Source: Takakia lepidozioides | Lineage: Eukaryota > Plantae > Bryophyta | DNA: 64,000 nucleotides | Direction: 5' to 3' | Assembly: GCA_030704615.1 (NCBI GenBank) | Contig: CM060731.1 | Location: 85,064,001 to 85,128,000, forward strand | Part shown: piece by piece, positions 38,698-50,581 of the stretch | How positions within the stretch are numbered: position 1 is the stretch's first letter | Layout of the letters: the number at the start of each line of letters is the position of its first letter | The notes under the pieces: generated by a model | The model's database searches: none | What the model was told of the DNA's origin: nothing | What the model saw: the letters and a program-made list of their open reading frames with translations, nothing else | Program-made: the position numbers and the translations under genes

Positions 38698-39434
38698 CCG
38701 AGTCAATGGGCGTGGCTGCGGGGTTTTGATTGCATTGAACCGCCATTTGTTGCGTGTAGAGGAGAATCAGGGCTACATTTTCCGTTCAGGGCCCATCTTC
38801 GTCCGACGAAGATACGAGCTGGATGAAAAACGACGCAACCCGTTTCGGGTCGCGTCGTCGTTTAGGGGAGAAGAGACCTAACCAAATTTTGTGCAAAGGT
38901 CCAAGAATGGAGGGTGCACTCCTTTTGATCATTTCCTGTTACCACGAGCGGCGAGCCATCGCTCTCGAGCACGTGGGCTACAGCCCTCCGAACGTCGCCA
39001 TCCCCAACACCTTTCTCCCTACCACGGATGCTTGTAGCTTGCTCTTTGGAACTCTCACCGTCTTACCAACATTCATATGCCGGCACGCCGTCGAGAGGGA
39101 TATCACGGTTTTCAAGTCTTGCGACTTCCGAGTTTCTGTGAGAGGAGAGCATCCTTTGTTCCAAATCAGACTCCGGGCCATTCTTAGATTTGCGAGTGCC
39201 GGAAAGAGATAGTTGAGAGAGGGAGAGAGAGAATTTCACAACATCCATGGACTTCTATGAGAATAATGTAGATATAGATTATATCTGAAAACTGTGTTGA
39301 TCAGCATAAGTACATTGCCAATTTGAGGGAGAAGAATCATAGATCTACATCTGCAAGAAGTACTGAAGAGTCAAGGAAATAGAGGGTGAACGCATATCAA
39401 ACGGTGTGCCGTAGAAAGGAATTCGAGAATATCG

Positions 39435-41580
39435 ATGGCCTGCCACTGCCCGACTGAATGCTGGACCACTGGGCTGGTACTGGCGCTGATATGTATGGCC
39501 ATGGGCACATGGCTGTTGGTCTTGTCACCTCGCACGCCCATCACAAAGTTAGAGGTACATTTCTCTCTCTCTCTCTCTCTCTCTTCTCAGTCGATCAAGA
39601 AGGTTATGTCGTTTTTGACGGATTATTAGAGCTGCGCTAACCGCTCCTGAACAACATCCTGAATTTCTTCTACTGATGGCATCAGTCGAACAATTCCAGG
39701 CATTGTTGTCCTTATATACCCGGGTTGTTATACATTGATGATTCTGCAGTTTGTCTTTGGCACAAAAGAAAAAGGATTCATGAGGCACTCTCTTTCACAC
39801 CCTTTCAATTATGTTCTTGACGGACCCTGGAGCTGTGATAGTGAGTTTGCGTCTAAATCGATAAGTGGAAGACGAGGGATAGGGAGATTCAGTTGAATGG
39901 ATTCAGTCACGTCCTCTCGGGTGAAAGGAGTTCGTTACAAAGAAGGTTGATGACTTCCAAGCCAATTGACATGAGGAATAAGTCAAGAATGAGATCAATA
40001 TCGGGTTCGTTTAGTCGGAGTTCCATCCTTGTCCATACAAGGAATCCTCGCTGTCGCCCAGAAACTACTGGTAAACTTGCTCAATCCATCGACAAGACGT
40101 GCGCCTGCGAATCTGTTTCTGAAAGTCACAATTTATAGGTGCACATTCGTGAACATATATAGTGAAGTTTCCTTCACGTCCATGATCTACTGTAAATGGC
40201 ACCGCTAAAGGAATGGGGCTTTGGTACGTCGGCTAACTCCTCAAAGCTGGATGTAGAGAAAACAACGCTGCCAGGGTTAACCTTGACCGAACTATACTCT
40301 AAGCTTGCTTGAAGTATTTGATTTGGTCAATGAGCCCTATGAGGACATGAACTAATATTTGTTCAAAATTTACCAGACATATATGTGAATTAAGTAAGGT
40401 GAAACTATCCATGCAGTGGCTGGCCAGTCTGATTGGGTGGACCGTCGAGATCATTTTCTTAATTATACTGGGTCTGCTTGAATTGAATAGCGTGGGCATA
40501 GATCTGATGGTCGAGATGAAATCGAGCTATCGAGAGCTAAGTCTTATGCATTTTAAGCATTAAGATTGCCAGTGAGAATCCCTATTAATTTGAGAGGTGA
40601 GCACTTCCTGGGGGTGGAGCAGTGCTAGACCTACGTTTCGATTTCTTTATTTCATGGAACACTGCGTGAAGTTCTAGACTTTTCATTGATGTTCAGTTTG
40701 TAAGAACTTCCCATCTCTCTACCTTGCTACGTAATTAAGTCTTTTTCTTGTTACTAATTTATTTGCAGAGATTTCAAATAGACTCCTGGAAGGTAACCAA
40801 CGGGTGGGACGCCCGCAATGTCCCTAGTAAGAAGCTCTGGGTGACAGCCCAGTTGGACTTCAGTTTCCACAATCCTTCAAAGATGTTTGGCATGCACGTC
40901 CGTCCGGGACCTGTCACCCTTCGTGTGTTTGAGCGTCGTATTGCTTTTGCAAAGGTGTGTTACAAATTAACCCATAAACCCGGGGCTGCGATTTTGGACT
41001 TTGTAGAGGTAGAAACAGGGATGTGTTGGAAGTTCATCGCTCGGGTCTGTACCTCGTTCCCTGATCTTGTTTTTTTGTTGAACTTGAACCTTTCAAGTCT
41101 TCAGGCCAGTTGTGTTCCTTAATTAACTGCGACCTATTACTTAGTGTTAGGTTGCAGTGATACTTTGTTTTGGTTTTTATACAACAGCTTCCGAGTAATA
41201 TTATGTACAGTAGACCTACTATCCCAAACCTGAATGGTTTTATCCTAGGGTGTATGATAATTACGAACACGGGCGATAATTGCAAATAGGTCCGAAATCT
41301 GCAGGCTTCCAGTTTCTACCAACCAGCAGATAGCGGCCGCGTTGTGCACATGCTTTTCAGGGCATCAAACGCATCGCTCTACGGTGCCAGTCCTCACGTG
41401 GATACTCCACATGCAAATCTGCTCCTCTCTCTGCAAGGACCAATCGCGGCAAAGATCCAGTGGCTATGGCGGCTGTTTCCTCTCGATCGCTCGGTCTCCC
41501 TCAACTGTTCTCTTAAGGGTGAGGTTGTCAGCAGGCAGAAAGTTGTGCTTTTGGGAAGCTCTTGTGGGCTTGGGGATTGA
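39435..41580 (+). CDS. LEA_2-domain single-pass membrane protein (Companion-of-Cellulose-synthase/NHL-like), 193 aa, 3 exons (39435-39554, 40769-40954, 41305-41580)
   Basis: Two phase-0 GT-AG introns. A TM helix is followed by SPRTP, then ...FHNPSKMFGMHVRPGPVTL...IA, SFYQP...LYGA...LNCSL...SSC, the motif order of the CC-like LEA_2 subfamily. Confidence 0.82.
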
Positions 41581-42548
41581 CGCTTCTTGAATGTGGACTA
41601 TACAATAGGAGGTTCATACGTTGGACTGTGTTAAGGACAGGATTTCCTGGTCACCTAGAGCAGAGGGTCGCCATTATTGCGAAAACTGGATAGCCTTCAA
41701 GAAGTGCTGGGCCGAAATTGTGTAGTTAGCCAGCTACCGTGCCCAGATTATACAAGGAGTAGATCATGGCTCGGGGAGATTTTTGTGGTATCCATACACT
41801 TGCAAAGCAAACCCTCTCAAATGGGGTTTCGAGTCTAGAACCTAGTATGAAGCCAGCTCGACTTCCAACTTGCACTGTGTTAAGTGCTTCGAATCCATGC
41901 TCCTAAATTCAACTGCACGGCTAGGCCTCCCTGTGTTGTGTTTTGTCTAATTTTGTTGTAGGGTTTGCGGGCTCACGAGTCAACACGGAGGAACAAGTGG
42001 CAGAACAAATTATGCCCCAAGTGCTGAAGGCCTTTACGAAAGTTGCAAGAGTAAAAGTGCCATCTCAGCTTTCCCCCGATCCGGGTTGAGGCACTGTTCT
42101 CACAGAGCAGCTTCAGCATGTAGAACTCAGGACTGAATTCAGTTTCAATCTCAACGTGCAGTCAAGCGCTTCGCAGTCACTACTAGATCTATGGAACTCG
42201 GGTACTCGACCAAGATCTATGTGAGCACTCCGATTTCACCAACACTAAAAGATCATGTATGCATGTAATCTTGTGTCTGACTTTAAAACAAGAAATTTAC
42301 AATTTGATGAGACTTTGTAATCCTCAGTCCCGGTGTGCTCTCGGGACCAATACATCCTAAATTCTCATGAAACTTGTTCTCAAGTTTACGAACTGGACAC
42401 CTTTCTTTGAAGATCAATCATACATTCGGGATGTATGTACGCTCCTGCACTTGCGATCCAACAGTTCGTGCAGTCTTCTGGACTTTATAGCCAAAATATT
42501 TTTAATCATGATCAATGAGTAAGGGATTGTCCTAACCCGATAGGATAC

Positions 42549-43053
42549 TCGGCCACGAGACGACTTCATCCGAACGGCCTCGGATGGAAATTCGGCGCCG
42601 TTTTTCCATCCGAAGGATATTCTCTGTCAGGCATGTGTCGGCCTCTCCCCCCGAGACGACTTCATCCGAACAGCCTCGGATGGAAATTTGGTGCCGTTTT
42701 TCCATCCGAGGGATATTCTCTGTCGGCCAGGTGTCGTCTTCTCCCCACGAGACGACTTCATCCGAACGGCCTCGGATGGAAATTCGGCGCCGTTTTGCCA
42801 TCCGGGGGATATTCTCTGTAGGCCAGGTGTCGGCCTCTACCCCTGAGACAACTTCATCCGAACGGCCTCATTGGAGATTCGGCGCCGTTTTCCCATCCGA
42901 GAGATGTTCTCTGTCGGCCAGGTGTCGGCCTCTCCTGCGAGACGACTTCATCTGACGGGCCTCGTATTGAAATTCGGCGCCATTTTTCCATCTGTGGGAT
43001 GTTCTCTGTCGGCCAGGTGTCGGCCTGTTCCCCTGAGACGACTTCATCCGACA
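42549..43053. repeat. 96-bp tandem repeat x ~5 with internal hairpin, likely MULE subterminal array
   Basis: GAGACGACTTCATC recurs at 42557, 42653, 42749, 42845, 42939 and 43035. The core is TCGGATGGAAA-TTCGGCGCCG-TTTTTCCATCCGA. Confidence 0.9.
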
Positions 43054-43075
43054 CGTTGGTTCCCATTGTCACAAA

Positions 43076-44625
43076 TTGACGAGGGGTAACTCGAGGGAGG
43101 CTGCCCACGAGGCAGAGCAGCTCGTTCAAGAGGAGGTTAAGTTGAGACCTGGTGCCAAACCCAAACAGATACAGCTGCAGGCCGCCCATAAGATGGCATT
43201 GGCCAGAATTATGTCGGAAGACGGCTCCGACATAGTTCCTCTCGATGAGAAGGAAATGGAGGCATTGCTAGAGTCGGTGTTCCACGTCTGTTCACCGAAT
43301 GTCCGAAACCACATTGTCTCCTGCAAACAGAGAATTGGGCGTGGCTTGGATATGCACTCCATTCTGGAGGTGAAGCGACGATGTGGATATGACTACATTC
43401 ATGGAAGTAGATTTCCAGGACAAGGGACTGAGGCAGATCGCTATTTTGTATTCAAAATGTCAACGTGTGGGCTTGGCAGCGGCGTCGAATTGGTCCACCG
43501 GATGACGAGTGGGGACTTGTCAAACAGTTAGGTCATGTTTGACCATATCAAGCGAATTACAAATCACCAGTGGGTGACAATGGGTGCACATGTCTACGAC
43601 ACCTACTGCAGGATGCTAATGACAATTGTTATTTGTGAGATGAAAGGAGAGGACACACAATCGGAGATGCTTCTTTGGCAGGGAATAAACGAACAGATGG
43701 CCAGGGCGGGATTGCCCCCTCCCAATTTCCGTGGTTTCATGGCGGACAACGCACAAGCAAATTGGGCTGCCATCCGAAGGGTGTACGGGGAAGATCCCAA
43801 TGTTCCGATGAAAAACAATGAGAGATATTGTGGGTTCCATTTTCTGCAGAGCTTGTCGCAGTACACAACCAGGCTCGTGGCACCAGATTTCAGAGAGGAG
43901 CACCGTTCCATGTGTCTTGCGTGGAAGTGTGTTCCTACCTTGGATGATGCAGAGACACAGTTTGCATGTATACGGGCTTGGTGGACAACGTCAGGTGCTG
44001 TAAAGAAATCAGACGAGGGAGCAATGGTCAGTTGGCTAGCATGGTGGCATTATCGTTTCCTCCAGTTCGGCGACTATATGCGGGAGGTGAGTTGGACAAA
44101 TTTGCGTCCCGTTGAATATTATGCTAGCTACTCATTGCTTGTAACCTGAATATGTGCATGTGCAGGAAATGTGTCTCGACTCCGACACCGACATGCCGAC
44201 AACAAACATGGCCGAATCAGTACATTCTTCCTGGCGTGCCTCCTCTGCAGCGCATCTGGTGGACATCCTCACTGCCACAACGGAGGACATTGTCAGGTCA
44301 ATTATGCAGCAATGCAGGTACAACGAGTTCTTGAAAGGGAAACAGTGGGGCTTGGGGCCGGACAGGTAGGAAATGCTGATGCGGACTGCCTCCAGATCGA
44401 AGAATCCTCGCAAGTGGGCGGCAGCCTTGCGAGAGGGCCTTCAGGGCACGCCATTGCTTCGAAGTGGCCAACACTTGAAAGGAGATGTTCACACCCGTCC
44501 AGTGAGACGAAGACTTGACGAGGCACTTGGCGGAGAAGATGATTCATGGCGAGCTGACAAGAATATTCGCACGCTCCCTCGTGGTCCTGTGATGTTGCCC
44601 GAGGAGGTCTCGTCGAGCACCGCAA
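43076..44625 (+). pseudogene. Mutator-like (MULE) DDE transposase, disrupted; intron ~44087-44165
   Basis: MFDH...FMADNAQAN...CGFHF (CxxH)...TTNMAESVH, with stops at 43529 and 44367. Confidence 0.8.
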
Positions 44626-44639
44626 GTCCGATGTCTGAG

Positions 44640-45392
44640 AAAATGGCGCCGTATCTCCAGTTACATGGCCCAAGAACTGCCCAACATCTGTGCAATCCCC
44701 GGCACCATGTACCGAAATTCGGCGCCACATTTCCAAATTTTGGGCTTACACACCTACCATGTTGGGACCTATAGCCGCGAAATTCCGCACCATTTTTCGC
44801 CGGAGACACCTATTACCGCGAAATACGTCGCAGCTTTCCCTGGTTGCGGAACCTATTACCGCGAAATTCGGCGCCATTTTTGCAGATGTCGCTCGAAATT
44901 CGGAGGTTAGCTATTTCATGAGCATGAGCGGCATGAGCGGCATGAGCGGAGTAGTAAGACAATTGGTTTTCATGAGCAGAAGTACAAATTCCGCATATAA
45001 AAAACATTAAAAATATTATTTTAATGGGATGTGTCAGAAGAAAAAAAACCCATATAATATTCATTGTTTGAAGTAGAAATTGTAGTTTTGAGAGCCGTGC
45101 TCATGATATTTCGATTTCCGCTCATGCGAATTCCGAGCGACATCTGCAAAAATGGCGCCGAATTTCGCGGTAATAGGTTCCGCAAGCAGAAAAATCGGCG
45201 ACGTATTGCACGGAAATAGGTGACTGCGGCGAAAAAATGGTGCCGAATTTCGCGGTTATAGGTCCCAACTTCATTGAAGTGTAAGCCCAAAATTTGGAAA
45301 TGTGGCGCCGAATTTCGGTACATGGTTCCGGGCATTGCACAAATGTTGGGCAGTTCTGGGCCATGTCACTGGAAATTCGGCGCCATTTTTCC
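44640..45392. repeat. Foldback-like long inverted repeat (arms ~44640-44930 and ~45100-45392, AT-rich spacer)
   Basis: The arms are reverse complements and are built from GAAATTCGGCGCC motifs shared with the 96-bp array. Confidence 0.85.
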
Positions 45393-45743
45393 AAACATCG
45401 TCTCCAGACAATGTTGGGACTTAGCCAGTTTTCGGCACAAAAAAGTGAAATTCGGCGCCATTTTTCCAGAAATGACCCCTTCAACTGCAACTGTTGGAAC
45501 TCAGTTTTCTGGAAGATTTGCAAATTTTTCCTGCCGCCATCTTTGAATTGATTCTGTTTTGACATTGAATTGCCACTGGACGTGAACGGATATCCAATAG
45601 TCCCTAGTGTTTAAAAGACATCACTTTAATATTGTCTGTCTCATTCCAGGAGTTTTGGGGTGCAATTCATTACACTGCAAAACAAAGTCTAATGCATAAA
45701 AATACAACTGCAAATATCCATATGGTGGATTCCCTTTTCCCCA

Positions 45744-46918
45744 TCAATGATTTCTGGAATCCCGGCGGAGGAGTTTGTGCAGCTCGTTCACGCTCAACGC
45801 TGGTGCATGAATAAAGTCATCAATAGTCAAGTTCATCCTCAACCTCTTCAGGTAAATGTAATACAGATGCTTGCATGGATAATACTTTGACCCCTTCTTT
45901 GCTTCCATCAACGAGAAGTCCGTACAATTGCAAGTCGGGTCCACTCCAATCGTAATTGTGTATACGTCGTCGCGTAAAGCTGAGCCGGCCGTTGCCATCC
46001 GATAAACACGCCCAAGGCCGGGTGGGGGTATGTCCACGAAGCTCTGAATAGTGCAAGCCATCCCAAGAGCATTGGCAATCCGAGTCTCATTCAACTTGTT
46101 GGGAGGGTGTTGTCTCTTCACTCTTCCGAATCGCATTGTGGGATGTGCAGAATTGTCCAATCCGTCTCTACTGGACGGAGCAGCCTGCAATGGCAGGGTC
46201 TGAGGAACTGGAAACGAGTGGGCCGGGACGTCTGTGCGTTGCACCATTCAAAATCCTGCTGCAGAAAGAGCATCCGCCTCATTCTGAGAAAGGTTGCAAC
46301 CCGGTGCAACAGGCCAGACGCCCGGAGGCTCGGGCATTCCCTGAATCCCGTACTTGGGCTTGCCAGATACATAGGTCATTATGTCGTGCCTACAGAACCA
46401 AAACGTCTGCGTTGTGGCGTGAGAGAATGTGGGAGTCAAAAATCTGTCGCTGAAACAAGGTGCAGGTACAGCACCGTGTGGGTTCCTCCAAATCATCTCA
46501 CCACAGCGTGCTCTCGTATCTACCCGGATGGCGCAGCACTTCCCTCGAAATGCCGGCAATGTCCTTGCTATTCTCCACTGTGACTCCGACACTCTTGTCT
46601 CCACAATGGGTATGTTGTACTGCGTTACTACAGATGGCTCGTTATGTTCCGCGGGCACGTGCCCTGTGCTCAAAGGAGATGGCGATCTTGAACGTGCAGG
46701 ATTTGCGGTGCTCGACGAGACCTCCTCGGGCAACATCACGGGACCACGAGGGAGCGTGCGAATATTCTTGTCAGCTCGCCATGAATCCTCTTCTCCGCCA
46801 GGTGCCTCGTCAAGTCTTCGTCTCACTGGACGGGTGTGAACATCTCCTTCCAAGTGTTGGCCTCTTCGAAGCAATGGCGTGTCCCGAAGGCCCTCTTGCA
46901 AGGCTACCGCCCACTTGC
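45744..46918 (-). pseudogene. Inverted C-terminal part of the same MULE protein, with SWIM zinc finger
   Basis: 46703-46918 duplicates 44410-44625 in inverted orientation. CNCTDF...CKHLYY is a SWIM motif (CxC...CxH). One in-frame stop at 46248-46250. Confidence 0.82.
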
Positions 46919-47584
46919 TCGTCATTCATCATTCTTAGGATGAAAAACATCTGCCAACCCATACGCCCGACGGACGTTGTCCGTTTCTCATTCGCGGAAG
47001 ATGAAAAACATCGTGTGTTCATCCTGTCTTGAACGCAACGGATGCAGTCCGTTTTCCATCCAGGTTAGATGAAAAACATCGGGGTTTTGTTATTTATGTA
47101 TACCTGTCTTGTCCCGTATTTAGGTCCTGCCAGACGAAGTCCTTTTTTCATCCAGGTTGGATTGAAAATAATAATAATAATGACGGGAGTTTCGCAATCA
47201 ATATATTCCGGGTTGATGTCCGGATGAAGAAATCCTCATAGGTATTAATGAAGAAATGTCTCATTAGGGAAAAAAAGGAATGTATTCTGGATGAAAAACA
47301 TCTAAATTCCCTGCAACCCAATTTTTCAATTTTTTCAAAGATGGAAGTTGGGACAACAATTCCATAAACCCAGTGTCCAGAGGGAGAGAGAGGGAGAGAG
47401 AGGGAATCCCACCATCCAACCCCTAGTATGGCAGGCCCTTACGGAGTGAGTGTGGTATGCACTCACCCCGTAAGGGAGTGCATACCACACTCCTCTCCAA
47501 AAGGGTAATCTCTCCCTGCTCCTAGGCCAGTCCTTCGGAAGATGTCCCGTAAAGGATTACCAGGCTATCCTTATTCAAGCTAGG
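46917..47584 (-). repeat. Structured terminal repeat R (pseudo-LTR-like), downstream of ORF-X
   Basis: Reverse complement of 60443-61113. Confidence 0.92.
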
Positions 47585-47788
47585 TATCCAAAACAAGTAT
47601 ATAAACCTTAATGCTGTGATTGGGGTATGTATTGAGCATAGACCCCGAAATGAACTAGTTTATTCAAGGAATTACAGGTGTAAGAAACCAGCCGCTTTAT
47701 GCATGGTTTTCTTTCTTTTTGTTCCATCATTATTCAACAAATCTGCATACATAAGGGAAAGGACATACCATTTTTAGGTTGCCAATGA

Positions 47789-49065
47789 TCATTCCCAAGC
47801 ATCAAAGTTCCTCTTTTGGATTGGGGAGAACTCTCCTGCCACATGCCTGGATCGGTTCGAACCATGGCTCCCAATGTCGATTGTGGAGCAGGATTTGGAG
47901 CCAGAGCCTCCATTGGATGTTCTGGTTACAGACTTAGCATTCTTGGAGTTGGAGAAAGATTGGTGTCTCTGCCCAAACCTGCCACCTCTTTGGTAGCCCC
48001 CACGTCCTCTGAAATTAGCACCCCTGCCCCGGTTGGGTCGCCCTGTTTGCTGGAAAGTGTTCCCTTCAATGCATTGCCGTTTATAGCTATTAAATGCAGG
48101 TTTGGGGAGGCTGTCGGAGAAAGATCCAGGTTTGATCAGTCTCTCAATGAATCTGGCCCCTTTGGAGTCCGGCAGCCTATCAAGCAATTTTGCTTTGGAA
48201 TTATCGGCAAAAGTTTATGCTGCTTCCAATAGGAGCTCCCGGATCATTTGGAATGTTATCTGAGCCAGTATTGCAGATCTGGCAGCCCTCATCAGCCATA
48301 CAATGAAGCTATAGTACTTGCTTTGTGCGGAGGGGTATGTTGCATCAGGAAAAAATGCCCCAAGATGGTTAATCATGTACCAAACCAAGTGATCGAACCA
48401 AGCCACACTTCCAACACATCCAGACGGAGTTGCACCAGGTCCACAATTACATCTTAGGTATGGCCTGTGCCAGTTCCAGAGTTGGCTTTTGTGATTCCGG
48501 GAACGGACAGATCCAGTAGGGGGATCATTTTTGGTCCGGAGAGTGATATTGTCCCTTTGTCACATAGCTTATAATAAAATGTTTTTAATGGCCATGCAAC
48601 TGCGATGGGTTCCTTTTTGAATCTCTGGAAACCATCTAAAGCATCCTGATAACAACGTAGGTGTTCAGCATCAGTGATGTTACCCCACTTCATCCACATC
48701 TCGATGGAGATGGGTGCTAAGAGGTTGATGTTGGTTTGTGGATGCCACATCATGTGCTCGTTGTTGGCCACGTCGAGCTCAACGGAGCGAGGGGGCGTCC
48801 AAGGGACAAATTGTTGATTCCCCGGGGTAACGCCTGCTGCCCTGTCTTGTTCCACCCGTGACATTTCCACATGCTCACAGAAATCCTTCATCGCGTCAAT
48901 TTCATGTTCGGGGAGACACATGTGACTTAAAGGCGGGTGATTGGTGACGGAGGGGGTAAAATCCTGCTCAGCATTGGAGGACGATGTCCGGGACCTGTGA
49001 GAGGGTGTCTCGAACGTACTGGCAAAGTTTGGAAGCGAGCAAAAATGATTTGGATGGGCAACCAT
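47789..49065 (-). pseudogene. ORF-X C-terminal part with RGG-rich tail, disrupted
   Basis: Consecutive ORFs 48454-49065, 48215-48406 and 47789-48187. It ends ...GRPNRGRGANFRGRGGYQRGGRFG... and is homologous to 36895-37674. Confidence 0.65.
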
Positions 49066-50528
49066 CCGTTCACCCGTTGAATGTATTCCGTTGGATTTGC
49101 TATTACTTTGGGACTTGTTGGACTGTGTTTCGCGTGCTCACGATTTTTTTTTCATTCCATTTTTTAATGGGGCGTGTAATGACTCCATATGCAACATGCA
49201 TGCCAAATTTGGGAGCGAACATAATTCATTTGGACCCAAAACCACAGTTTCTTCCCTGTTTTGCACTCCAAACTTGATTTGTGTTCTACTTCGTGCACTC
49301 TTCATAGAGAGTTCTACAATATAGTGAGCGAAGATAACACTTTTTTTGGGGGGCATTTTTTATTGGTCCAAATATTGGCGGGGGAGTAGCGGTGGGATGC
49401 TTGAAGCCGCTCACTGAAGGTTCAAAAATGGAGCAAATAGAGGTACATATAGGCCCCAACAACATTCTGTCCAAAGGAATTACCTGCAGGCTGGTCTCCC
49501 CATAGTTAAGAATTGGGCTGAAAACCAGAAAATATTACCTGCAGGGAAGTAATCCCCTTTGTTAAAACGCAACAGGGAGGCAATTCCGACTTTTCTGCCG
49601 AATCAGCTAGCTCAAAACCGTTGTTCTACAGAGCCCAGCCTCCCCACCAAGGTCCTACGAAACGAGTGATTTATTATTTATTATTTATTTTATTTTATTT
49701 TCACTCTGCCTGTTCGCAGCCTTCGGTGGCTCCAACCGCCACGACTCCTCACGGCCCGCCCTAGGCGCTCGTTGGCCACGGGCTGCCTCGTGATACCCCG
49801 TGTGTCGAGGCCCTTTGCCTTGAGGGCAGGGGGTCGGGACACATGAGGGGCTGCCCCTGTGGTGGGGGCAGCGGCAGCGATAGGTATGGGGGGCTAAAGC
49901 ACCCTTGAGTGCCCAAGGCACTCAAGGAGGCGGAGGCGCTCACTAGGTGGAGCCCCGCACACCGGGTTGCGGTGGGGGTGGCTCCACAAGGGGTGGTGGT
50001 AGCTTAGCGGGACTTAGTGGGGGTGGCATAGGACTCACCATGGGGGCGGAGACCTCGTGGTGGGAGTCGTGGGGAGTCTTGGGACTCATCACGGTCCATT
50101 GGGGCCGCGGTGAGTGGGCCAAGACTCACCGCGACTCACCACCGGGAATCGAGGGTCTTCGTGGTGGTTCGCCATAAAATGGCATGGCTGGTTATGAAAC
50201 CCCCGCGGACAGCTACAGAAGTATATATAGGGAGTAGTAACCCGAGAACGGTGCAAGCCCGTTGGTGACCAAAAACTAGTGAGTAAGCGAGCGAGCCGGA
50301 AAGCGACCAAAGAGTGGGGAGCTGTTCCGGACTGCCATCTACCAAAGGGAATTCCACTAGTCCCAAATAGGTGGAGGGTTTAGTGGGAAGCGAAGGGGGA
50401 CCGTTATGTCCCGGTGAGCAGCCGAAGCTCCAAGTTGGCCCGGCGGCCAGGTTGGGAGTCAGGCGCGCGCATCAAAGCGAGTAACTATGACGTGAAGGGG
50501 AGCTTACCGAAGGGAGGTGCGCGACACT

Positions 50529-50540
50529 TGGTATCAGAGC
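50529..50540 (+). promoter_or_regulatory. Primer-binding site for initiator tRNA-Met
   Basis: TGGTATCAGAGC, 2 nt after the 5' LTR. Confidence 0.95.
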
Positions 50541-50581
50541 TTAGAGTTTAGTACGCGATCGTCCTTGGGATTGGCCTCATC

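Noticed and set aside
39630-40260. Exon-like minus-strand segments inside intron 1 of the LEA_2 gene
   Set aside because: I could not assemble a stop-free spliced ORF.
42549-43053. CRISPR-like appearance of regularly spaced palindromic repeats (also 35355-35710)
   Set aside because: Whole units repeat with no unique spacers, there are no cas genes, and the context is eukaryotic TE sequence.
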